Below, one piece after another: positions 40,684 through 49,058 of a DNA stretch of 52,887 nt. Source of the stretch: an uncultured Eubacteriales bacterium (GTDB taxonomy: Bacteria; Bacillota; Clostridia; Christensenellales; RUG350); assembly GCA_900315995.1 (NCBI GenBank), contig ONBF01000011.1, forward strand, positions 1 to 52,887, read 5' to 3'. Position 1 is the stretch's first letter. Each line of letters begins with the position of its first letter. Under the pieces are notes generated by a model that saw nothing but the letters and a program-made list of their open reading frames with translations, did no database searches and had not been told where the DNA came from. The position numbers and the translations under genes were made by a program.

Positions 40684-40835
40684 TTAATACGGTTTTGCGG
40701 TGTCGGATTATTCGACTTAATAGGGAAGCATAGAAAGCACAGCCCCCGCTACTGATGGACTTAAACGCCATATGTCACTGAGCAATCGGGAAGACGGCGA
40801 CGCGAAAGCGCGTTCGGTCAGGAGACCTACCGCAA
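40684..40835 (+). ncRNA. cobalamin riboswitch
   Basis: GGTG...TTAATAGGGAA...CAGCCCCCGCTACTG...GTCACTGAGCAATCGGGAAGAC...GTCAGGAGACCTACCG (B12 box), upstream of B12 uptake genes. Confidence 0.9.
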
Positions 40836-40949
40836 TAACGACAACTACGGTTTTCGGGAGGAAAACACGTATCGCTTACGGAGTAATTCGTAGGCTTTTG
40901 CGTGTTGTTTCTTTTAGAAATAACACTTTTTTATTATCAGGAGGTACCT

Positions 40950-41399
40950 ATGAAAAAGGTAAGTAAAGTATTGGTGGTATTGCTTATAGCAATCTTTTCA
41001 ACATTTGTTCTTGCATCATGCAATGACAAAGAATCTGTTGAAAGCGTAAGTCCAACCGGTGCAGTAGAAAGTAACAGGCTTATCATAGTTGACAAAGCCG
41101 GCAACACGCTTTACGATCAGAAATTCGACACGGATAAAACAACGCTTAAAGCCGTTTTAGATGAGAAAGAAATTCCGTATACGATGAACGGCACTATGGT
41201 GTCGAGTGTTTACGGAAGAAGTAATCAGATTGACAGGTCGTACTGCTGGATGTTCTATACCGACGCTGACGGTATGACGGACGGCACAGATCCTTATACG
41301 TATGACGGAGTTCAATACGGTAGAGCAAGTTACGGTATAACCGAGTTGCAAATCAAGCAAGGCGCAACGTACGTAATCGTATTCGTTAAGTTTGAATGA
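40950..41399 (+). CDS. DUF4430-like (transcobalamin C-terminal-like) lipoprotein, probable cobalamin-binding protein
   Basis: Lipobox LAS-C; TLKAVL...GTMVSSVYG...WMFY...YGITELQIKQG pattern; riboswitch context. Confidence 0.8.
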   Translation: MKKVSKVLVVLLIAIFSTFVLASCNDKESVESVSPTGAVESNRLIIVDKAGNTLYDQKFDTDKTTLKAVLDEKEIPYTMNGTMVSSVYGRSNQIDRSYCWMFYTDADGMTDGTDPYTYDGVQYGRASYGITELQIKQGATYVIVFVKFE

Positions 41400-42055
41400 A
41401 TAAAAGGCGAGTAGCGCTCGACGTAGCGACGTGCGCCATGATGTCCGCGATGCTGACTGCCGTCAAGCTTGCGTTATCGTGGATCCCGAACGTCGAAGCT
41501 GTAAGCGTACTTATAGTGGTTTTCGCCTTAGGCTTCGGTTTAAGGCGAACGCTTACTGCCGTAAACTGTTTTATCTTGACGGAAATAATACTGTATCCCG
41601 CGCACATATGGATACTGTGTTACTTTATACACTGGAACACGCTTGCAATAGTGGTTTATTTTGTCGGCAAGATTAAAGAAAACAGTATACTGCTTGCGAT
41701 AGTCGTTGCGTTTCTCACATTTCTTTTCGGAGTCAGCACCACGACTTTCGAAGTACTTATCGGCAACTCGATTTATTCGTTTTGGAAGGCGTTTGCGATA
41801 AGATATGCGGCAGGCACATGGTATTTTGTCACGCATATCGTCTGCAATTTTCTGACTGTCAGCATATTGACTCCCGTACTTTTGCCCGTGGTGCGCAAAC
41901 TTTTGAAGTCGCAAAGAACAGAAGGCGTAAGGCGTGAAGACAAAACGTCGGAGACGGAACAACCCGAACGGAACGCGTCGCCGACAGCCGAACCGCATAA
42001 AGCCGATAAAATTAAAACGAAAACCGACAATGCGGATACATCGGCTGTAAATTAA
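41396..42055 (+). CDS. ECF transporter S component, CbrT-like cobalamin importer
   Basis: AMMSAM..AVKLALSWIPNVEAVS; about 6 TMs; THIVCN; riboswitch context. Confidence 0.8.
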   Translation: MNKRRVALDVATCAMMSAMLTAVKLALSWIPNVEAVSVLIVVFALGFGLRRTLTAVNCFILTEIILYPAHIWILCYFIHWNTLAIVVYFVGKIKENSILLAIVVAFLTFLFGVSTTTFEVLIGNSIYSFWKAFAIRYAAGTWYFVTHIVCNFLTVSILTPVLLPVVRKLLKSQRTEGVRREDKTSETEQPERNASPTAEPHKADKIKTKTDNADTSAVN

Positions 42056-42190
42056 AGTAAAACTCCGCCCGAAATGACAGAGTTTTTACAGATTGATTAT
42101 TATTAAACCGTAATTATGGGAATAAATTCTTTTACGTTTTTTCATAAAAAGTAAATTATTTATAAATGATTGCTTTTTTTGAAAAAGCTG

Positions 42191-42219
42191 TTGACAAATC
42201 GGGGGCGGGGGGATAATAT
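42191..42219 (+). promoter_or_regulatory. sigma-A-type promoter with a G-tract spacer
   Basis: TTGACA-aatcGGGGGcGGGGGGa-TAATAT (17 bp spacer). Confidence 0.7.
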
Positions 42220-42293
42220 ATAAATAGTATTGAATAACATATTTTCGATTTAATGCATATTCAAAACTTAATTATAAAAGGACGATTTTTACA

Positions 42294-43553
42294 ATGAGAA
42301 TTTTAGGAACGTTTTTTTCGATTATTATGGCGTTAGTTTCTATGCTAAACGGACTTGGCTTTCAAGACGCAACCGTTAATAACTTGAATACGTATATCGC
42401 ACAAGACTGCGTTTCGGTTGCTGATTTCATCGAAAACAATTTTGAACTTTTCGTTGAAGAGTACAATAATTCGTCGGACGAAGACGAAGACTGGTATGCC
42501 GAATACGTTGAGAACAGATTTATTATAACCGTAAATGAGTGCGGAAACGAATATAAAGGCGTTTTCCTTGACTTTGATAACGATAACGGCTATGCCGTAG
42601 TCGGAGACGATTACAATTTATGTGATTTCAAAACACAAGGCGAGTCGCCGTATCTCGATATAGTTTCCGACAGTTATTGCTATTCCGTGGTTTGCGGATA
42701 CTGTTACTTGCGTGACGGAGAATATGTAAGCGTAAACGAAGAAAACAACGCGGACGAAAATTTCATTTATGATAATGTCGTAGCTAAAAATTATGCGGGT
42801 CATGAAGATAAAAATGTAAAAGGTTGCGGGAGAATTGAAGACCCTGATCAATATGTAAACGATAAGTACGACGGCGGTTGGACTCTCGGACGGAACAATC
42901 ACTTAAATATGCAAGGTTATGCTCAATGGTATTTATCTTGTTATATTAAAGATGGTAGTGAAGGAAACTGTTGGTTTGTTTCCGCATATCATGTGTTGCA
43001 ATATATGGCGGACGTTTATTGGAAAAATATGCCTCAACGGTACGCTATGATCGGTTATTATAATCCGCAAACGCGAGAACCGACTTTGTATGCTAAATAT
43101 ATGTCCGAGGGTTATCGCTTAAATGATAGTAGAACTATTACAGAGTTATACGCCGACGTAAGAAAGCATATTAACGAAAGATATCAGCAAGTAGACGAGG
43201 GGATGATTTGGGATACTTCGGAGATAATCGAATATGTTGCAAGACAGTACGGGCATTACGTTAATTCGGTTGAACACATTGCGTGGGGATTATACACCGA
43301 TACGGCGACGAAAAAAATAGACAGCGGATATCCGGTATTGTGGTCTACGTCGAACGATACGTACGGTTCACACACAATGGCGGTGTGCGGATATAAATAT
43401 TATTGGAAAACGACGGGCTGGTGGATATTCAAAACAGCGTCATATAAACTTTTCTTTGAGATAAAAGACGGGTGGGTTGGTAATGGAGCATCGAGATATT
43501 ACGATATATCTGGACACGCCGGGTTTAGTGCGATTATATCATTGGAATTTTAA
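42294..43553 (+). CDS. secreted papain-fold cysteine peptidase (C39-like/C10-like) with N-terminal prodomain
   Basis: Hydrophobic N-terminus; prodomain-like FLDFDNDNGYAVVGDD; EGNCW (Cys), GYPVL...YGSHTMAVCGY (His), IKDGW (Asp). Confidence 0.75.
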   Translation: MRILGTFFSIIMALVSMLNGLGFQDATVNNLNTYIAQDCVSVADFIENNFELFVEEYNNSSDEDEDWYAEYVENRFIITVNECGNEYKGVFLDFDNDNGYAVVGDDYNLCDFKTQGESPYLDIVSDSYCYSVVCGYCYLRDGEYVSVNEENNADENFIYDNVVAKNYAGHEDKNVKGCGRIEDPDQYVNDKYDGGWTLGRNNHLNMQGYAQWYLSCYIKDGSEGNCWFVSAYHVLQYMADVYWKNMPQRYAMIGYYNPQTREPTLYAKYMSEGYRLNDSRTITELYADVRKHINERYQQVDEGMIWDTSEIIEYVARQYGHYVNSVEHIAWGLYTDTATKKIDSGYPVLWSTSNDTYGSHTMAVCGYKYYWKTTGWWIFKTASYKLFFEIKDGWVGNGASRYYDISGHAGFSAIISLEF

Positions 43554-43571
43554 CGAGGTGTAAATATAGAA

Positions 43572-44096
43572 ATGAAAAGAGTAGTATTATCCGTAATTAT
43601 AATATCCGTTGTGTTGCTGTTTGTAGGTTGCGGTCCGTATTCGAGAGTGAGAAAGTATCATATCGGCGAGGAAATTGTGTTCAGCAACGGCAGCGTCAAA
43701 TTGGACATTGACATAGATAATGAACGGTTTATCTATTATGATAATGTCGCTTCCGATAAGCAGTGGGGGAGTTTTAGTTTTGGATTCCGTGATCATTTGA
43801 CGGGTAAATACTATACAGATAATCCAACGCAGGTTGATGATGTTCGAACATTTGATTATTCCAAAGAATTTGAAATCACCGACAAAGACGGAAATGGAAT
43901 AGTTTTTACCGACCCTTCGGATAGTGGTATTTACTATTATGAATATTACGGCTCTAATATTTTCTATATATCATACAAGAACGCAAACACCGAAATCAAA
44001 GAAGCGATAGAAAAGGATAGGTATTCTATCGATACGGACAGTTTTGGGTTTATTTCTGAGCATTGGAACGATTCGACAAGCGAAAACGTCGAATAA
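43572..44096 (+). CDS. lipoprotein, copy 1 of tandem pair
   Basis: Lipobox FVG-C; near-identical to the next gene. Confidence 0.85.
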   Translation: MKRVVLSVIIISVVLLFVGCGPYSRVRKYHIGEEIVFSNGSVKLDIDIDNERFIYYDNVASDKQWGSFSFGFRDHLTGKYYTDNPTQVDDVRTFDYSKEFEITDKDGNGIVFTDPSDSGIYYYEYYGSNIFYISYKNANTEIKEAIEKDRYSIDTDSFGFISEHWNDSTSENVE

Positions 44097-44104
44097 GATA
44101 AAAA

Positions 44105-44641
44105 ATGAAAAGAATAGTATTATCCGTAATTATAATATCCGTTGTGTTGCTGTTTGTAGGTTGTCATTATAAAGGGGTGAGATTTTATGATTATTATATC
44201 GGTGAGGAAATTCAGTTCAGCAACGGCAGCGCCAAATTGGACATTGACATAGATAATGAACGGTTTATCTATTATGATAATGAAAATTCCGATAAACAGT
44301 GGGGGAGTTTTAGTTTTTTATTCCGTGATCATTTGACGGATAAAGACTATACAGATAATCCAACGCAGGTTGATGATGTTCGAATATTTGATTATTCCAA
44401 AGAATTTGAAATCACCGATAAAGACGGGAACAAAATTGTTTTTACCGATTTAGATTCTACAAGTAGCGGTATTTATGGTTATGAATATTACGGCTCTAAT
44501 ATTTTCTATATATCATACAAGAACGCAAACGCCGAAATCAAAGAAGCGATAGAAAAGGATAGGTATCGTATCAGTGCCGGCGGTTTTAGGTTTATTTCTG
44601 AGAATTATTGGAACGCTATGCCAAGCGAAAACGTCGAATAA
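44105..44641 (+). CDS. lipoprotein, copy 2 of tandem pair
   Basis: Lipobox FVG-C; near-identical to the previous gene. Confidence 0.85.
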   Translation: MKRIVLSVIIISVVLLFVGCHYKGVRFYDYYIGEEIQFSNGSAKLDIDIDNERFIYYDNENSDKQWGSFSFLFRDHLTDKDYTDNPTQVDDVRIFDYSKEFEITDKDGNKIVFTDLDSTSSGIYGYEYYGSNIFYISYKNANAEIKEAIEKDRYRISAGGFRFISENYWNAMPSENVE

Positions 44642-44647
44642 GATACG

Positions 44648-44690
44648 AAATTAATACGCAAACAACATATACTGTTTGCGTATTAATTTT
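44648..44690. terminator. 17-bp perfect inverted repeat, probable terminator
   Basis: AAATTAATACGCAAACA-acatatac-TGTTTGCGTATTAATTT. Confidence 0.75.
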
Positions 44691-44880
44691 AAGAAAAGAA
44701 TTATTTTGATGTATTATATGTTATTAAAGTCAAGTTGACTTGTTTAGAGAAACTTTATATACGACGGACGTTTATTGAACGATATACCGTAACGTTTGAT
44801 TTTATCGGTTATTATTCGCAAATAAAAGAATTGATTTATATGCCGAATATAAACATAATGAACGTTTTTATATTTCTTAA

Positions 44881-44909
44881 TTGTCAAAAACATTTAATAA
44901 TGTTATACT
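44881..44909 (+). promoter_or_regulatory. sigma-A promoter of recF (leaderless geometry)
   Basis: TTGTCA, 17 bp, TATACT with TGn extension; ATG 6 nt downstream. Confidence 0.7.
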
Positions 44910-44915
44910 TCAATT

Positions 44916-45986
44916 ATGAAAATTTCCGAGTTGAGACTTGAAGATTTCAGAAACTACGCGTCCGAACGCGTAGTTTTCGACGACGGTATCAATATCGTCA
45001 ACGGGCGTAACGCGGCGGGTAAGACGAATTTACTCGAAGCGATATATCTGTTTGCAATCGGCAAATCGCCGCTTGCTGTAAAGGATAAAGAACTTGTCAG
45101 GATGGGTGCGTTACGCGCTCACATATCGGCGGACGTATTCGATATGTACCGCACGCGCAAGATGGATGTTGTCATAGATTCGTCGGGTAGGAAACAGATA
45201 GCGGTAGATTCCGTGCCGCTTCTCAAAGTAAGCGAGCTGCTCGGTACGTTTAACGTAGTGTTTTTTTCACCCGACGATCTTAAAATGATAAGTGAAGCGC
45301 CGAGTGACAGGCGTAAATTTACGGACGTAAGTTTGTCTCAGCAAAGTAAACTTTACGGACAATCACTTACCCGATATAACTATGTACTTGCGCAGCGCAA
45401 TAAACTTTTGAAGACTTTCAAAAACAAACAAAGCACACTCGATACGCTTGAAGTGTGGGACGGAGAACTTATTAAAGCGGGTGCCGAAGTCTTGCGTTTG
45501 CGTAACGAGTTCATTACGCGCTTGATACCGCTTGCGCGAGAAAAGCATTTTTATTTATCGGGTGAAAGCGAAGAACTGACGTTATCATACGACGGAATAA
45601 CCGAAAACTATCTCGACGCGTTTACCGCCGCTTTGTGTGCCGCGCGTGATAAGGATATAGAGTTGGCGTATACGACCGTCGGACCGCATAGGGACGATAT
45701 AGCGATACGCGTAAACGATACGGACGTAAGGAAATACGGTTCGCGCGGACAGCAGCGTACGGCGTCGCTTGCGCTTAAACTTGCGGAGACCGAAGTATTC
45801 AGAAAGGTTTCGGGCGAGTATCCAGTACTCTTACTCGACGACGTTATGAGTGAACTTGACGACACGAGAAAAAGCAGACTCATATCGGCGGTGGACGGTA
45901 TTCAAACTTTTATAACCGACACGACGTTCAAGTGTGATAACGCTCGTAAATTTTTGGTTGATTCGGGTAAAGTTTTGTCTTATTGA
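44916..45986 (+). CDS. recF: DNA replication/repair protein RecF
   Basis: FRNY, GRNAAGKTNLLEAI, FSPDDL, GPHRDD, GSRGQQR, LLLDDVMSELD. Confidence 0.97.
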   Translation: MKISELRLEDFRNYASERVVFDDGINIVNGRNAAGKTNLLEAIYLFAIGKSPLAVKDKELVRMGALRAHISADVFDMYRTRKMDVVIDSSGRKQIAVDSVPLLKVSELLGTFNVVFFSPDDLKMISEAPSDRRKFTDVSLSQQSKLYGQSLTRYNYVLAQRNKLLKTFKNKQSTLDTLEVWDGELIKAGAEVLRLRNEFITRLIPLAREKHFYLSGESEELTLSYDGITENYLDAFTAALCAARDKDIELAYTTVGPHRDDIAIRVNDTDVRKYGSRGQQRTASLALKLAETEVFRKVSGEYPVLLLDDVMSELDDTRKSRLISAVDGIQTFITDTTFKCDNARKFLVDSGKVLSY

Positions 45987-46212
45987 TTATTAACGGCGAA
46001 ATACTGATTGAATTTTACAATTTTTCAATCGATAGAGTTGTCGAAGATTTCGAAAAAACTCAATTTCATTTGAAACCGTAAAAGATATTTATAATAAGAA
46101 GTTTTACGAGTATAATATATATGCTTTACGGAAGTATAAACTTTTCGGTTAACGGAAACGGGTTTGATACTTTTAATCGTATGATTAATTTATAGGAATA
46201 CGACACGGATAT

Positions 46213-46638
46213 ATGAAAAGAGCAGTAATAATATTAATTATGATCAGTGTGATGGGAATTTTTTCTATGACGGCTTGCGCAAGTAAAAGCGAGTTTGGAC
46301 TTAAAGATTTTTCGGAATATAAAGATATGAATACCGAAATTATAAAAATAAAAGTCGAGTGGGATGTAGGTACGGGAGAACCTATCGAGTTTTTGATTGA
46401 AGATGCTGATGATATGGATTTTATAAAAGGAAAACTATTGGATAAACAAGCTTTTACGCAGTCCGATTCGGGAGTTGACGCGGGATTCGGTTCAATGGTT
46501 ATTACAAGCGTTGATAATAAAGATACGAGAGTATCTTTATCTCAAATACACAGTAACGGTAAATACTATGTATATTCAACCGACGAAATATACGAATATA
46601 TTAAAGCTATCGGAATAAAGCAAGGGGTATTGTCTTAG
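46213..46638 (+). CDS. hypothetical lipoprotein
   Basis: Signal peptide with lipobox MTA-C; AT-rich flanks. Confidence 0.7.
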   Translation: MKRAVIILIMISVMGIFSMTACASKSEFGLKDFSEYKDMNTEIIKIKVEWDVGTGEPIEFLIEDADDMDFIKGKLLDKQAFTQSDSGVDAGFGSMVITSVDNKDTRVSLSQIHSNGKYYVYSTDEIYEYIKAIGIKQGVLS

Positions 46639-46733
46639 AATTATTAAAAGAGATAAAATGTATAATTACAACGTTGTATATATTCATACAAGGCGTTTTA
46701 GGTGTGATTATATAAACGATAATTTTCAAATGG

Positions 46734-46776
46734 TAAACGGCGGATTTTAATGTATATCCGCCGTTTATATTTTTTT
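46734..46776 (+). terminator. intrinsic terminator
   Basis: TAAACGGCGGAT-tttaatgtat-ATCCGCCGTTTA followed by a T-run. Confidence 0.75.
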
Positions 46777-46849
46777 ATAATCGACGTATTGACAATCGAG
46801 CATAAATCTTTTTACGCATTATTCAAGATGCAGAGCAATATACTTTTGT

Positions 46850-47398
46850 ATGAACAAAATTTGGGCGATAGTACTTATTGTATCAACGGTTGCATTGACC
46901 GTAATTTCTCCGTCGAACGTATTGCCGACGTATATGTCGGGCATAGGCTCCGCGCTTGAATTTACGTTTAAGATGGCGGTTATTTACGCAATGTGGATGG
47001 GCATAAACGCGCTTATGGACAAAGCGGGCATTAATAAATTTATTGCGAAAATTTTCAAACCTTTGACAAAGCGGCTTTTTAAGAACGAGAGCGAAAAGAC
47101 GCAGGAGTACATATCTCTTAATCTGTCGGCTAACTTACTCGGTATGAGCGGAGTGGCTACGCCGCTCGGAATAAAGGCGATTGAGGCTATGGACGACAAG
47201 AGTGGAATTGCTACGGAAAGTATGCGGCTTTTTACGGTTATTAACTGTACGTCCATACAGCTTATTCCGGCGACGGTTATTGCAATGCGCGCGTCTGCCG
47301 GTAGCGGAAGCGCGTCCGACATAATTTTACCGACGGTTATAGCGACTGCGATAGCGACGGTCGTCGGCGTATTGCTCGTAAAGGTGACGCGCAAGTGA
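46850..47398 (+). CDS. spmA: spore maturation protein A
   Basis: MNKIW, WMGI, ANLLGMSGVATPLGIKA, INCTSIQLIPATVIAMR. Confidence 0.93.
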   Translation: MNKIWAIVLIVSTVALTVISPSNVLPTYMSGIGSALEFTFKMAVIYAMWMGINALMDKAGINKFIAKIFKPLTKRLFKNESEKTQEYISLNLSANLLGMSGVATPLGIKAIEAMDDKSGIATESMRLFTVINCTSIQLIPATVIAMRASAGSGSASDIILPTVIATAIATVVGVLLVKVTRK

Positions 47399-47898
47399 CT
47401 TATGTAATACCCGTCTTTATAGCACTCGTTTTGATTATTGCGTTTATAAAGAAGGTGACTTGTTATGATACGTTTGCGGACGGCGCGATGGAAGGGCTTA
47501 AATTTGCGTTTACGGTGTTTCCGTATCTTGCGGCTATGTTTGTATTTATCGAACTCATTAAGGCAAGTGGTGTAGCCGACGCGCTTATCTCCGTATGCGC
47601 GCCCGTGTTTACTTTCTTAGGTATTCCGAAAGAACTTGCCGAACTCATTATTTTACGTCCGCTGTCGGGTAACGGCAGTCTTGCGATACTCGATACGCTT
47701 ATTGCGGAATACGGCGCGGACAGTTATATAGCAAGATCGGCGGCGGTAATTACGTCCGCCGCGGAAACGGTCTTTTACGTTGCGGCAGTCTATTTCAGTA
47801 CCGTTAAAGTAAAGAAAATGCGTTTTATTATTCCTATTTCATTATTTGCGAGTATGATAGGAGCAATCGTCGCTTGCCTTCTTTGCAGGTTTATATAG
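47395..47898 (+). CDS. spmB: spore maturation protein B
   Basis: YDTFADGA, RPLSGNG, YGADS, ETVFYVAAVYF; GTGA overlap with spmA. Confidence 0.93.
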   Translation: MTYVIPVFIALVLIIAFIKKVTCYDTFADGAMEGLKFAFTVFPYLAAMFVFIELIKASGVADALISVCAPVFTFLGIPKELAELIILRPLSGNGSLAILDTLIAEYGADSYIARSAAVITSAAETVFYVAAVYFSTVKVKKMRFIIPISLFASMIGAIVACLLCRFI

Positions 47899-48239
47899 AT
47901 TTATACGCTTCTTTATTCAGACCTTGTAGAGAAAATTTACCGATTTAACACACTTGCTTTTTGAACTTATCGAAGTATGCCGTATTATATTTTTTTGTTT
48001 CGTTTGTTACTGAACACGATCTATGGAACGCGGAACGATACAAACGATAAAAGAAAAATTTTTTTATAAGTTGCGGATAAGTATCGAGTAGGCTGTCGTT
48101 ATGATTTCAAAACGGTAAAAACGCAAAGCAATTCAGATTTTATTTGCTTATCGAGCGTATATAATAGTAGAGAAAAGACTTATCATTATAGAGTAGGCAT
48201 ATTTATTTCGTAATATTATAAGTTTGACTTTTTAATTAA

Positions 48240-48268
48240 TTGTCAAACGCGCGTATAAGTGGTATACT
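48240..48268 (+). promoter_or_regulatory. sigma-A promoter of tpiA-gpmI
   Basis: TTGTCA, 17 bp, TATACT with TGn extension. Confidence 0.7.
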
Positions 48269-48304
48269 TTTTACGTTAAAAATTTATTTAAGGAGTAACT
48301 TATT

Positions 48305-49057
48305 ATGAGCAGAAGACCTATTATTGCGGGAAACTGGAAGATGAACAACACGAAAGCCGAAACGACCGAACTTTTAACGGCTTTGAAACCGCTTGTTGCG
48401 GACGCCGCGGCGGAAGTAGTCGTATGCGTGCCGTATACGGCAATCGATACTGCCGCAAGCATAATAAAGGGCAGTAACATCAAACTCGGCGCGGAGAACG
48501 TACACTGGGCGGAAAAAGGTGCTTTTACGGGAGAAATATCCGCAAAAATGCTTGTCGAACTCGGCGTTGAATACGTTATTATCGGACACAGTGAAAGAAG
48601 ACAGTATTTCGGAGAGACCGACCAAACAGTCAATATGAGAGTGAAAGCCGCGCTTGCCGCAGGCTTAAAGCCGATTATTTGCGTGGGCGAGTCGCTCGAA
48701 GAGCGCGAAGCGGGCAAGACGGAAGAAGTTGTTACGAGACAAACGAAAGCCGCGTTTGACGGGATAGGCAAAGAAAACATTGAAAACACGGTTATTGCAT
48801 ACGAACCCATTTGGGCAATCGGCACGGGCAAGACAGCAACCGCAGAAGAAGCCAACGCAACGATTAAGGTTATACGCGATACGATGGCTGAGTTATATTG
48901 CGCAAAATGCGCAGAAGAAAAAGTCCGTATTCAATACGGCGGTTCAATGAACCCGAAGAACGCCAAAGAGCTTATGGCGCAGCCCAACATCGACGGCGGA
49001 CTTATCGGCGGAGCGAGTTTGAAAGCGGTAGATTTCAGTCAGGTAGTAAAGTATTGA
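48305..49057 (+). CDS. tpiA: triosephosphate isomerase
   Basis: AGNWKMN, GHSERR, AYEPIWAIGTG, YGGS, GGLIGGAS. Confidence 0.98.
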   Translation: MSRRPIIAGNWKMNNTKAETTELLTALKPLVADAAAEVVVCVPYTAIDTAASIIKGSNIKLGAENVHWAEKGAFTGEISAKMLVELGVEYVIIGHSERRQYFGETDQTVNMRVKAALAAGLKPIICVGESLEEREAGKTEEVVTRQTKAAFDGIGKENIENTVIAYEPIWAIGTGKTATAEEANATIKVIRDTMAELYCAKCAEEKVRIQYGGSMNPKNAKELMAQPNIDGGLIGGASLKAVDFSQVVKY

Positions 49058-49058
49058 T

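Larger units (their letters stand above)
43572..44645 (+). repeat. tandem direct duplication of about 530-540 bp (43572-44100 / 44105-44645)
   Basis: Long identical nucleotide blocks interrupted by short divergent patches. Confidence 0.95.

Noticed and set aside
43572-44645. Diversity-generating retroelement TR/VR pair
   Set aside because: Differences are not adenine-specific and include indels, both copies are full genes, and there is no reverse transcriptase in the window.
44735-44941. 68-aa ORF before recF and 69-aa ORF before spmA (46750-46959)
   Set aside because: AT-rich intergenic frames overlapping promoters or terminators, with no RBS.
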